Assembly (NCBI GenBank): GCA_002269645.1
Contig: NIVC01001616.1
Coordinates: forward strand, 1-44,167
Direction of reading: 5' to 3'
From: Macrostomum lignano
Lineage: Eukaryota
DNA: 44,167 nt
Shown piece after piece: positions 33,492 through 44,167 of the stretch. Numbering within the stretch: position 1 is the stretch's first letter; each line of letters opens with the position of its first letter. A program made the position numbers and the translations under genes. Under the pieces are notes generated by a model. It was not told the DNA's origin. It did not search any database and was given only the letters and a program-made list of their open reading frames with translations.

Positions 33492-33715
33492 TCTTTCTCC
33501 CTTTTCTTCTCTCCTCTCCTCTCTCTTATCTTCTCGCTTCTTCATTCCATCTCCTCTCTCCTTTCTTCTCTTCTCGATCATTTTCTCTCTCCTCTCGTCT
33601 TCTCTCCCCATCTCCTCTCCTCTATCCTCATCTCCTCTCTCGTCTCTTCTCTCGCCTCTCCTCTCTCTTATCTTCCTTCTCTCTTCTTCATTCCCTCTCC
33701 TCTCTCCCCTCCTCC
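33492..33715. repeat. CT-rich low-complexity tract
   Basis: Almost pure pyrimidine (TCTCC-like) on the + strand. Confidence 0.9.
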
Positions 33716-34290
33716 GGCCCGCAGCCATACTCTACGTTCTCTATCAGACCCTCAAGGTAAAAAGTTTGCCCGACCCCCGGTGCCATAGAAACAGATGGTC
33801 CGACCAATGAACAAAAATAAACAAAATGATGCCAAGCACAACACACCTTTAGTAGATACTATAAGTTAGCCGTCTAACTTTACACGTAGACTGCTCAAAA
33901 AACACGATATCTAAAAAAGTGAATTAACAAATGAATTAATAAAAGGGACAGTCAATTCAGACAGCATTGAGGACAAAACAAAAAAATTAATAACAGGCCC
34001 GAGATACTATAGATGCCACCTAGAGATGAAAACAACCAAGCTTAACAATATTAATTAAAATAATAATAATAATTACACTCGATGCAAAAAGCCAAAACTG
34101 CCTATTGATGACAACACATTAGCCGCATTTGCATGTCAACAGCAGCTCCACATGTAGTGCGTATCCGCTGGGGTGCGGGCAGAGCAAACGATAAATGGGA
34201 TAAACTATCGACATCAATAATAGTAATAATAGTAAGCCTGACAGGGGCTCAGCTGGTCATGGCCAGGCAGCAGCCAGCAGCCTTCGGTTG

Positions 34291-35970
34291 CTAGCCGGAA
34301 GTGCCGTTCTCAGCAGCAGACTGCCGATCTCGGGCTCGCAGCTCGCGCAGAGCCATGCAGTTGTTGTCCTCGCTAGTCTGCAGCGGGCAGTACAGGATGA
34401 ACTTGTCCAGAGTGGAATCGAAAGTCTCCGACCATTTGAACAGGCGGCAGGTGAGCTGCAGCTTCTCCTCGTAGTCGAAGGGGAAGTGGTAGAACAGAGT
34501 GTCCGTCATGTGCTGGTGGTAGCGCAGGCTCAGCCGCTTGCAGGCGTCCACCAGGCGGGGATCCGTGATGCCGGAGTCCGGCGGCAGGTGCAGCAGTTTG
34601 GTGGCGCAGAACAGCGCCAGCAGGTCGTGCCGCATCTCCGTGGCCTCGCCAAGGTAGCGAGCGTAGGTGCGGAACTCGCTAAGAGGAGAATAGTCGATCA
34701 GGCGATTGCCAGACTGGCGGACGAGGTCGCTGAACATCTCGATGGGCTGGCAGCAGACCCGCTGGCCGTTGATGGTGAAATAGTAGCGATCGTCGGCCTG
34801 GTTTAGGCCGGCGCAGGACAGCGGGAAAATAACCGAGTGAATTCTGGACTTGATAAGCTGCAGAAAGTGCTGCCGCTCCAACAGGTTGATCTGGCGCATC
34901 TTGCGAACAAAGAGCACCGCCTGGCGAACAAAGACCTCCAACAGAATGATGTTGGTGGACACGCAGCTGGAGAGCTGCTGCGGATCAAGTTGCACACTGG
35001 GCGGGGTGGCAATGTTGCACAGCATGGTCTCGGCCACCAGCTGCTGCAGTTCGTCAATAAAATCAACCAAAAGTACATTGGCGTACTTCTTGTCAGAGGC
35101 GTCGATGGCTTCGTTGTATTCCAGGTCGGTGATGGGCGACGGTTCCGACGGCACGGGATTGTGCAGGTGGTACCACAGCGCCTGCCAGCATCTGGCGTTG
35201 TTTGGCGGCGACTGGGCTAGGCAGCTGGACGAAGTCGATGGGGTCGGCACCGACAATAACTGCTGCTGCTGCGGCGGCGGCACAGGCGGTGGGGTCAGCG
35301 GCGGCATAGCAGGCTGGTACTGATAATACTCGTTGGAGGTCGATTGCCGCATCTGCACCGACGGCATCGCAGACTCAGAGACGCTGGGAACTCCATCGCC
35401 AACCGTGAGCACTTCACCTTTCTGGATAAGGTCGGCCTGCATGCCGACGCGGAAGCACTTGGCCAGCCGGCAGCCCGGGCACTTCTTCCGCGTCGCCAGG
35501 GTGACTTCGCAGCGGGCGTGCTGGAAGCTGCAGCTGAACCCGGCATCGCCCAGAGTCTTCTTGTGCGCGTTGCGCCGGAAAAACGCCTTGCAGGACTCGC
35601 AGCTGATGACGCCGAAGTTATAATTCTCAGCCTTGGCCCCGCACACCAGGCAGAACCTATGCAGCAAATCAGCCGGAGTTTTGGGGTGCCGGCACTTCTT
35701 GCGGTGCACAACGCCGGATTTGGTGAAGCTGCGCTTGACCTGCGGCGCGGCGCCTGGCGGAGACATCAGGCCGCCAGGTGTGTTGCTATGCGGAAGCTGC
35801 TGCTGCAGCATGAAGCTGTGCTGCGGCAGAGACAGCGGCGAGGGCGGCTCGTATTTCTGCTCCTGCATTGAAGATCCGTCAGTAAAATAGTTCAACCGAT
35901 GCTGCTGGTTTGCTTCACCGTCCAGCTGGGAATGTAAATAGTTGTTGTAAGACTTTTGAGCCACTGGCAT
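34291..35970 (-). CDS. Nuclear hormone receptor, HR96/DAF-12/NHR-8 (NR1J)-type; single coding exon, 559 aa from ATG 35970
   Basis: C4 zinc fingers at 35652-35440: CLVCGAKAENYNFGVISCESCKAFFRR..CSFQHARCEVTLATRKKCPGCRLAKCFRVGM. P-box ESCKA is the NR1J signature. The divergent LBD follows a Pro/Gln-rich hinge. The ORF track starts at TTG 35994. A likely 5'-UTR intron spans ~36442-36001. Confidence 0.93.
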   Translation of the reverse strand: MPVAQKSYNNYLHSQLDGEANQQHRLNYFTDGSSMQEQKYEPPSPLSLPQHSFMLQQQLPHSNTPGGLMSPPGAAPQVKRSFTKSGVVHRKKCRHPKTPADLLHRFCLVCGAKAENYNFGVISCESCKAFFRRNAHKKTLGDAGFSCSFQHARCEVTLATRKKCPGCRLAKCFRVGMQADLIQKGEVLTVGDGVPSVSESAMPSVQMRQSTSNEYYQYQPAMPPLTPPPVPPPQQQQLLSVPTPSTSSSCLAQSPPNNARCWQALWYHLHNPVPSEPSPITDLEYNEAIDASDKKYANVLLVDFIDELQQLVAETMLCNIATPPSVQLDPQQLSSCVSTNIILLEVFVRQAVLFVRKMRQINLLERQHFLQLIKSRIHSVIFPLSCAGLNQADDRYYFTINGQRVCCQPIEMFSDLVRQSGNRLIDYSPLSEFRTYARYLGEATEMRHDLLALFCATKLLHLPPDSGITDPRLVDACKRLSLRYHQHMTDTLFYHFPFDYEEKLQLTCRLFKWSETFDSTLDKFILYCPLQTSEDNNCMALRELRARDRQSAAENGTSG

Positions 35971-38900
35971 GTTCGAGAATAGCAAACCTATCAATGCATT
36001 TCTAGATTATCCGCGCCTTAAATGAACTACCAGTCTGTGAAGATTAAAACTATGATTAGCTAGTCTATCTGTCTGTCTGTCCGTCTTTTCTAGTCACAGC
36101 GGAGAGGCGACCCCGGCTCAAAAATAAGGGAGCCGCCCGTACACAGGCATGCAGTCACGTGATGCCCTGGAAGAGGGAGCGGGTGGCGGCCAGTGCCGGC
36201 CTTCCCCCTAGTCGGCGCCCAGACAACCCGCGCCCGCCAGGGTTTTGGGGCAGAGAGGGGGAGAGAGAAATAGGAAGGAAAGAAATGGAAAACAGCACGC
36301 AAGCTGAAAGACACAAGTCCAGAGCGGTCATGCACAGGAGGAGCACTTGATCAGCGGATGCTCCGACTAAAAGTCCTAGATCTGGCGAGCCAGTCCGGTT
36401 CCGCGAGCTCAATCCCCCCTCCCTGACGTCTCAGTTTTGTTTACCTGGGTTAAATAGGCCAGGTGATGCAAATAGTAAAATTATATAGCTGATGGCGTGC
36501 ACAGCAGCATCAAAAGAGACGAGAGACAGAAAAGTTCTACTGCCTCTTTTTAATCAACAAAAAATAGCTTCGCAGAAAGCGACCGACTTTAGTTATCGAC
36601 AAAAACAAAAACTACGAAGTCTGACAAGTTCTATTGGTCTCGAAGTTTCAGCAATAGATCAGATAAGAATATTTCTAAAGAATTAGTTTGAATAAAAAAT
36701 CGAACTTCTAATTACAAACGGAGTAAACAGACAAAACAGCTAACCGACAGTAAACTGCTTATCTTTGGTTAAGTAGAAACAGATTGGCAAAGCTTGGGTT
36801 CGAGACGGCTTGTCGGCTTAGTTATTAACAGTACAGAGTACAAGCCAAGGACACTGCTGCCAAATAAAAGATAAAAAAGAACACAAAAAGACAGGGACGG
36901 TCGCAGACGGCCCGAACGAGCAGAGAGAGGGACAGAGAGAGAGAGAGGGGGGGCAAGGGTGTCTGTAGCCTGCACACACGCAGCTGTACACGCATGAGCC
37001 CTCCGTCCCCATTAACACGAAGAAGCCACAAGGCACGCGAGTGAAGTAAAGGCAAGACTAAATGAGTAAGTGGAGAAGAGCAGGGGGCGGGGCGAGTAGC
37101 AAAGTCAGTCGTTGGGAAGGAGATGAAAGAGACTGTAGTCGCCTCGCCTTCAAACAAAAACTTCTAAAATCTCAAGTGCAGAAACAGTCGAAACCCATAC
37201 AACTGCTGGCTGACTCGACATTTTGATCGAAAATTATGAAAGCACAAAATGAATTGGGCAATTGGCCTTTGAATTCAATGTACTTTTTAACCTGGGTTTT
37301 TTGTGCTGTACCATCCTGACTGTCTAAATCGCATTCTTTTTTTGCAAATCATTGTTTGCCGATCTAAACCAATTTTCACAGTTTGCACAATTTTCCCTAA
37401 AGTTTCCTGAAGTTTCCCAAGTACAATCGACTTCAGATCAGGACTCTCGACATGCTGATGCGACTACGCTTGAATTCTACCTTGGTTTGGTTTCCCTGGA
37501 TTCCCTGCGACAAGAAGGAAAATTACAATTAAGTTATGACACGAATTTTCCCATGCCTAAACTGAATAGTTAGTGACTACTAATAGTAGGCACAGCAGGT
37601 CCAGCATTAAAAGTAAAGATAATCTATAAGCATTTCAAACATTAACTAAAAACAAGCATAGTGTAGTATTCAACACTGCTAGACTACAATAAAATCTATA
37701 TTAAAATCCATATTCAGAAGGTAGTGTAACTGCAAACAGTATGTAATACAAATATAATATACATAATTTACATAATATACTATAATACTTTTCTGTAAAT
37801 AAAACAAAGGTTTTTTTACAAAAATATCTATATTCAAAATTTATTTAATGTTCTTTTTGTCCTTGGTTGAGTTTTATACACCTTGAAATTATTTAAATGT
37901 AGTTTGTTTATGTTTTGTATAAATGAATAATACTCATAATCAATCTATCAGATATGAATAACAATCATAAGCTTTAGTAAAAAATCAATAAAGCAAAAAT
38001 ACTACATTTTAGTGTAGTTTAAGCCTAAAAAGAACAGTTCTATAACATTCATTGTCTGTGCTTAGGCATTTGGGTGAATAGTGATTAGGTTATTAAAGGT
38101 TCCTTTTTGGTTACAAATTATATGTATTTATCATTAGCTATCATGCTAGCTACACAAAATCTGCAATAACAAACTAAAGTCAAATAAATAAATGTTTTTT
38201 TATCTTTTTATTTAACTAAGGCCTATATAGAAACAAAATGTCTAGTTTTTATGAAACTATTAACCAAAGCATCTGTTTACCAAAACATCTAGTTGCCAAA
38301 ATAAATGCTTAGGAGGAAGCTTTGCTTTTTATCTTTTTTAAAATTTAAAGGAATAAAGGAATTTATAATATAAGCATATTTTATTCCAAGTTAAAAATAA
38401 AATATTCTATTACAAAGAAGTTATATCTGCTACTGAAATTATTTATAAACTAAAGTTTTTAGTTTAAAATGACAAATTACTTTAAAATGGCAATGCCATT
38501 ATTTTAAATATGCTTTAATAGCAATTGTTACTTATTTAGTCATTAGGCAAATATTTCATCATTAAGGACTTCAATGAGGGTCCTATGAGTGCCTATGACT
38601 TGCCCATTTGTAAAAAACAAAATTTGATTTGTAAAAACTGCTTCGAGTAAATGTATTACAAGCATACTGATCCCATCAATGGGTATATTGCCTAGCTCCA
38701 TGAAAGTATGAAATTGCTAAACTGCAGACAATTCTGAAAAAAACTGCTGAAGGTATTGCTAAATGCTGAGTTTTGCAAGACTGCCAATATGTATTGAAAA
38801 TTCATTAGTGAGCCATAAAATACTGAGCAAATTGCAGTTTGCAGAGGAGACTGAGGAGCCAGCCAAGAGGAGAACTGCAGGCTGCTGAGAGGATGAATGA

Positions 38901-39429
38901 AAATTGTTAATAGAACAGTTGTAGACTGAAAATGGAATGACTGCAGACTGCTGAGGGGAACTGCAGATTGTCAAAGGGATCATTGCAAATTGCAGAGGGG
39001 AAAACTTCAAACTATTGAGGTAAAAAACCTCAAGACTTTTGCAAAGTTCAAGCAAAATTTTTGACTTGAAATGTATTGTAAGAATGAGAGGAAAACTTGA
39101 CTGACTGAATTTCAATTCTGATAAAGATTGCATCACAACAAGTTGAAAACAGTGTCAAAAAATGCACACACGACTTGATTTAAATTGCGTAACCAATATT
39201 ACTAACTTAAATTGAGGCTGACTGAGAAATTGATTATGTCATAAATTTTTACTCTAATTGACTTGCTGTAAGAATTGAAGTATAAGGGCAACAGTTCATT
39301 TTCTCCAATTCAAAAGAGATAGCCTAGATGTGAACAGACTGGACTGCTAATGTAGCAACCTGGGTTCAAATCTTAGTAGTGCAAAATGATTTTTTTATTA
39401 AAACACCTTAAAAACACAAAATGCTAAAC

Positions 39430-40170
39430 ATAAAAGAAGCGCAATTCCAAACATAAAAGTGGCACCATTTTAAATATTATAGAGCCACCATGCCATAAAT
39501 AAAAGAGCCACTATGCCAAACATAAAAGAGCCACCATGTCGAACATTAAAGAGCCACAATGCCAAATATAAGAGCCACCATGTCAAATATTAAAGAGCCA
39601 CCATGTCAAACAAAAAAAAGAGCCATCATGTCAAACATAAAAGAACCATCATGGCAAACATAAAAGAGCCACCATGTCAATCATACATGTGACTCAATGT
39701 CAAACATTTAACATAAAAGAGACACCATGCCACACATAAGGGAGCCACTATGTCAAACATATACGTGACTCCATTTCAAACATTAAAGAGCCACCATGTC
39801 AAACATAACAGAGACACCATTTCAAACATAAAAGGGGTGCCATGGCAAACATAGAAGAGCCACCACGGCTCACCATGTCAACATTAAAAAGCCACCATGT
39901 CAAACATTAAAGAGCTATCATGTCAAACAAAAAAGCCACCATGTCAAACATAGAAGAGCCACCATGTCAAACAATAAAGAGCCACTATGTCAAACACAAA
40001 AAGCCACTATGTCAAACATAGAAGAGCCACCATGTCAAACATTAATGAGCCACCATGTCAAACATTAAAGAGCCAACATGTCAGACACAAAAGAGCCACC
40101 ATGTCAAACATAAAAGACACTGTTTCAAACATAAAAAGAAGTGTCATGCCAAACAAAATGGAGCCACTAT
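39430..40170. repeat. 21-bp array (AAACATAAAAGAGCCACCATGTC-type) internal to Helitron-like copy 1
   Basis: GAGCCACCATGTCAAACAT recurs. Confidence 0.92.
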
Positions 40171-40229
40171 AAAGCTAAGGAAATTGTTGCACTAGCTACT
40201 TGTTTTGCTGCTTGATACTTGCTATTTAA

Positions 40230-40610
40230 GTATGGATACTTGCTATCAGGGGTGCTTGCTTTCTGAGGGATGCTTGCTATTGGAAGGATGCTTGCTACTG
40301 GGTAACTTGCTATTGGGAGATGCTTGCTCTTGGGGGGCAGAGGGTACTTGCTATCTGAGAGGGGTTGTTAGATATCTATAAGGTCTCTTTGTATCCAGGT
40401 TATGCTTGCTATCTGGGGTTGCTTGCAGTCTGGGGATGCTTGTGGTCTGGGGGATGCTTGCTATCTAGGGTTGCTTGCTATAGGGTTGCTTGGGGGGATG
40501 CTTGCTATCTGGGAGATGCTTGCTATCTGGGGGATGCTTGCAGTCTGGGGGATGCTTGCTATTTGGGGATCGATGCTTGAATGCTGTCTGAGGATACTTG
40601 CTGTCTTGGG
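40230..40610. repeat. ~18-bp array (GGGATGCTTGCTATCTGG) internal to Helitron-like copy 1
   Basis: GATGCTTGCTAT recurs. Confidence 0.9.
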
Positions 40611-40920
40611 ATGTTTTGTTTTTAAAGGGAATGTCTATTGTTTTTTATGAAGGCTTTATTTTGCTATCTATTTGTTATTTGTAAAGAACAGGGATTCTAT
40701 CTAGATGTCCCCCATCAAGGGGGGGGGTGAAGATTGCTAGTCCATCTATCTAAATATACTAAAAATGGTCTGTCTGTGGGTATGCCATCAATTTTTAGCA
40801 AAAACTAGCATCTGTATAGAATCTCTGCTTTTTACAAGTAACAAAAAGATCGCCAAATAAAGCCTTCACAAAAACAGACAAAATACTCGAATGAAGTGCA
40901 ATGCAAAAAGAAATCATCCC

Positions 40921-41190
40921 AAGACAGCAAGCATCCCCCAGATAGCAAGCATCCCCTAGATTGCAAGCATCCCCCGGATAGCAAGCATGCCCCAGATAGC
41001 AAGCATCCCTCAGATAGCAAGCATCCCCCAGATAGCAAGCATCCCCAGATAGCAAGCATCCCCCAGATAGCAAGCATCCCCGATAGAAAGCACCCCCAGA
41101 TAGAAAGCACCCCCAGATAGCAAGCATCCCCCAGATAGCAAGCATCCCCCAGATAGCAAGCATCCCCCAGAGAGCAAGCATCCCCCAGAT
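40921..41190. repeat. 18-bp array (CCCCAGATAGCAAGCATC), inverse of 40230-40610
   Basis: Reverse complement of the copy-1 array unit. Confidence 0.92.
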
Positions 41191-41559
41191 AGATAGTGTG
41201 AGCCATTGATTTGCTATAGAGCGCCCACCCCATTTTTCTGGGTCCGTACGTCAGCCGGCTTTCTCTCTCTAACTCTCGCCCCCTTATCTGTACTCGTAGT
41301 AAGCAAAGTGTACATTTACGACCACCACCCCACGCAATGCAGTAGCCGACTAAATATTAAATAAATAACATCGTCTCGCCCACTGTGGCTTTCGTACTTC
41401 TTCGTGCAATTGCCAAATCATGCATTAAACTCTTACAGATAGCATCCCCAAATAGCAAGCATCCACCAGACAATAAGTAGCTATTGCGACAATTTCCTTA
41501 GCATTATAGTGGCTCCTTTAAAATTCGCTTACTTTTACATTTGAAATTGTGTATCTTTT

Positions 41560-42490
41560 ATGCTTGATATGGTGGCTCTTTAATATTTGACATGGTGGCT
41601 CTTTTATGTTCTACATGGTAACTCTTTTATGTTTGATACGGTGGCTTTGCAATGTCTGACATGGTGGCTCTTCTATGTTTGACATGGTGGCTTTGCAATG
41701 TCTGACATGGTGGCTCTTCTATGTTTGACATGGTGGCTCTTCTATGTTTGACATGGTGGCTCTTCTATGTTTGACATGGTGGCTCTTCTATGTTTGACAT
41801 TGTGGCTCTTTAATGTTTAACATGGTGGCTCTTTTATGTTAGACATGGTGGCTCTTTTAGGTTTGACATGATGGCACATTTATGTTTTTACATGGTGGCT
41901 CTTTTATGTTTTACATGGTGGCTCTTCTATGTTTGACATGGTGGCTATTTATTGTTTGACATGGTGGCTCTTTAATGTTCAACAAAGTGGCTCTTTAATG
42001 TTCTTCATGGTATAGCTCTTTTATGTTCGACATGGTGGCTCTTTAATGTTCACAATGGTGGCTCTTTAATGTTTGACATAAAGTTACATATATGTTTGAC
42101 ATGGTGGCTTTAAATGTTTGACATGGTGGCTCTTAAATGTTTGACATGGTGGCTCTTAAATGTTTGACATGGTGGCTCGTAAATGTTTGACATGCTGGCT
42201 CTTAAATGTTAGACGTGGTGGCTCATTTATGTTTGACATGGTAGCTCTTAAATGTTTGACATGGTGGCTCTTAAATGTTTGACATGGTGGCTCCTAAATG
42301 TTTGACATGGAGTCACATATATGTTTGACATGGTGGCTTTTTAATCTTTGACATGGAGTCACGTATATGTTTGACATGGTACTTCTTTTATGTTTGGCAT
42401 GGTGGCTCTTTTATGTTTGACATGGTAACTCTTTTATATTCGATATGGTGGCTCTTTAATGTTTGACATGGTGGCTCTTCTATGTTTGAT
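41560..42490. repeat. 21-bp array (ATGTTTGACATGGTGGCTCTT), inverse of 39430-40170
   Basis: Reverse complement of the copy-1 array unit. Confidence 0.93.
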
Positions 42491-43122
42491 ATTGTGCTTC
42501 TTTTATGTTTTAAGATGTTTTAATAAAAAAAATCCTTTTTGCACTACTAAGATTCAAACCTAGGTTGCTACATTAGCAGTCCAGTCTGTTCGCATCAGGG
42601 CTATCTCTTTTCAATTGGAAAACATGAATTGTGGCCTTTATAATTCAATTCTTACAGCAAGTCAATTGGAGTAAAAAGTTATGACATAATCAATTTCTCA
42701 GTCAGCCAGTATCAGCCTCAATTTAAGTTAGCAATATGGTTACACAATTTAAATCAAGTCGTGTGTGCATTTCTTCGGCACTATTTTCAACTTGTTGTGA
42801 TGCAATCTTTATCACAATCAAATTCAGCCAGTCAGGTTTTTCTCTAGCATTCTTACAATGCATTTCAAGTTGAACATTTTGCTTGACCTTTGCAAAAAAG
42901 CATGTTTTTCGAATATTTAATCCCTTTAAAATTGAGCAATTTCTTAGCCAAGATGCATGTACCATCCCAGAAAAATTTCTGATCGAATGGTGCAAGTTTG
43001 AAGAAAATCGGTTAAGCCATTTTTCTGAAATCTATCTCACACATACATACACACAGATTACTCATTTTTAGTATATTGGATTATGGACAAACATACAAAT
43101 ATTAGAGATTTAGTATATTTAG

Positions 43123-44167
43123 ATGGCTTAACCAATTTTGTTTGAACTTGCATTGTTCAATTAGAAATTTTTCTGTGACAGTACATGCATCTTGGCTAAG
43201 AAATTGCTCAATGTCAAAGGGATTAAATATAAAAAACATGCTTTTTGCAAGGGTCAAGCAGCTCTTTCAAATTAAAATGCATTGTAAGAATGCTAGAGAA
43301 AAACTGACTAGTTGAATTCTAATTCTTAAATGACATCACACCAGGCTTTTATTTATTGTCTGTATACTAGCCGAATTTTGACACTGAATTGAATTGTATC
43401 ACAGTATTGAAAACACAGTGTGGAAGCATAGCCCATAACTTGATTTATATTGTATAACCACATTGCTTAACTTTAATAGAAACTAGTACTAACTTGCCTA
43501 AGAAATTAATTATGCCATAGCTGCTTTGTGTAACTTTTACTCAATTGACTTGGTGTGAGTGTTGAATTATAAGTGCTACAAATTCATTTATAAATTCAAT
43601 GAGAGCTAGACTAGAGGTAAACAGATTAGACTGCTAATGCAGCAACCTGGGTTTGAATCTTAGTAGTGTAAAAGAGTATAAAGAGTATAAAAGTAGTAAA
43701 ATTTTCTTTTTATGCGCTTGATAAACCAAGGATTACTGCACTTGATAGACCAAGGACTTTTGCACTTGATAAACCAAGAATTATAAGATAGACCAAAGAT
43801 TTCTACACTTGATAAACCAAGGATTACTTTGTTTGATAAGCTAAGGATTCCGCACTTAATAAACCAAGAATTACTGCACTTGATAAACCAAGGATTACTT
43901 CGCTTGATAAGCCAAGGATTACTGCACTTGATAAACCAAGGATTATTGCACTTGATAAACCAAGAATTACTGCACTTGATAAGGCAAGGATTACTTTGCT
44001 TGATAAGCCAAGGATTACTGCGCTTGATAAACCAAAGATTTTTGCACTTGATAAGCCAAGGATTACTTTGTTTGATAAGCCAAGGATTTCTATACTTAAT
44101 AAACCAAGAATTGTTTAGTTTGATAAGCCAAGGGTTAAGCCAAGGATTCTCTTAATATCTGGGGGAT
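43123..44167 (+). mobile_element. Helitron-like copy 3, more diverged, runs off the window end
   Basis: 43123-43320 is the reverse complement of ~42810-43020. 43500-43670 matches 39230-39385 (GACTGCTAATG.AGCAACCTGGGTT..AATCTTAGTAGTG). The window ends in TATCTGGGGGAT, the start of an 18-bp-type unit. Confidence 0.65.
43715..44150. repeat. 24-bp array (TTGATAAACCAAGGATTACTGCAC) internal to Helitron-like copy 3
   Basis: Units visible; 8-aa periodicity (LINQGLLH) in the ORF track. Confidence 0.95.

Larger units (their letters stand above)
39035..40740 (+). mobile_element. Non-autonomous Helitron-like element, copy 1 (5'-truncated or diverged), with intact 3' hairpin + CTAG|T
   Basis: Hairpin CCCCC-ATCAA-GGGGG at 40709-40723, then CTAG at 40737-40740 followed by T. 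The body is the inverted homolog of ~40809-42900. Confidence 0.72.
40809..43080 (-). mobile_element. Non-autonomous Helitron-like element, copy 2 (inverted), with a 5' TC terminus and missing the terminal hairpin
   Basis: Minus strand begins A|TCCAATATACTAAAAATGAGTAATCTGTGTGTATGTATG at 43080, in the style of invertebrate Lep1-like Helitron 5' ends. It carries the same 21-bp and 18-bp arrays as copy 1 in reverse, and a ~240-bp unrelated insert at ~41195-41437. Confidence 0.72.

Noticed and set aside
33418-33810. Leu/Ser-rich and Arg/Glu-rich ORFs
   Set aside because: Translations of the CT-rich low-complexity tract.
36100-37100. E-box GTCACGTGA (~36154), near-CRE TGACGTC (~36424) and GC-box GGGGCGGGGC (~37085) upstream of the nuclear receptor
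   Set aside because: Short motifs expected by chance; TSS unknown, so not listed as regulatory features.
40746-43080. Reading 40745-43080 as one TIR transposon, because both ends show ATC..AATATACTAAAAATG
   Set aside because: The same word recurs at 43123 and the body is homologous to flanking copies ending in hairpin-CTAG, so independent Helitron 5' ends explain it better.
1-44167. tRNA, rRNA, snRNA/SL RNA genes and telomeric repeats
   Set aside because: None recognised by eye; tRNAscan-SE and Infernal/Rfam would be needed to exclude them.

Overview
Eukaryotic (invertebrate animal) genomic DNA with GT-AG introns, GC3-rich exons in AT-rich flanks, and roughly one third tandem repeats (estimated by hand). 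This profile resembles repeat-rich flatworm genomes such as Macrostomum (inference only). Five host genes were reconstructed by reading splice sites. (1) A minus-strand PX-SH3-SH3 protein of the p47phox/Tks (NADPH-oxidase organizer) family, 1609-3617. (2) Head-to-head with it, a DH-PH RhoGEF, 5971-10937. (3, 4) Two divergent AK2-type adenylate kinases, 14827-16100 and 27756-29005, each with a single, non-shared, minisatellite-filled coding intron. (5) An HR96/NR1J-type nuclear receptor with an intronless CDS, 34291-35970. Mobile DNA includes a 5'-complete but internally deleted R1/LOA-type LINE with a 12-bp target-site duplication (20678-25022). There is also a recent ~2.3-kb tandem duplication with a fold-back junction, and a Helitron-like family present as three alternately oriented copies (39-44 kb) plus a 3' fragment at 5.4 kb, whose members carry different internal minisatellites. 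No rRNA, tRNA or CRISPR array was seen. Single-base frameshifts in two host genes may be assembly errors. All alignments were made by eye; no searches were run.
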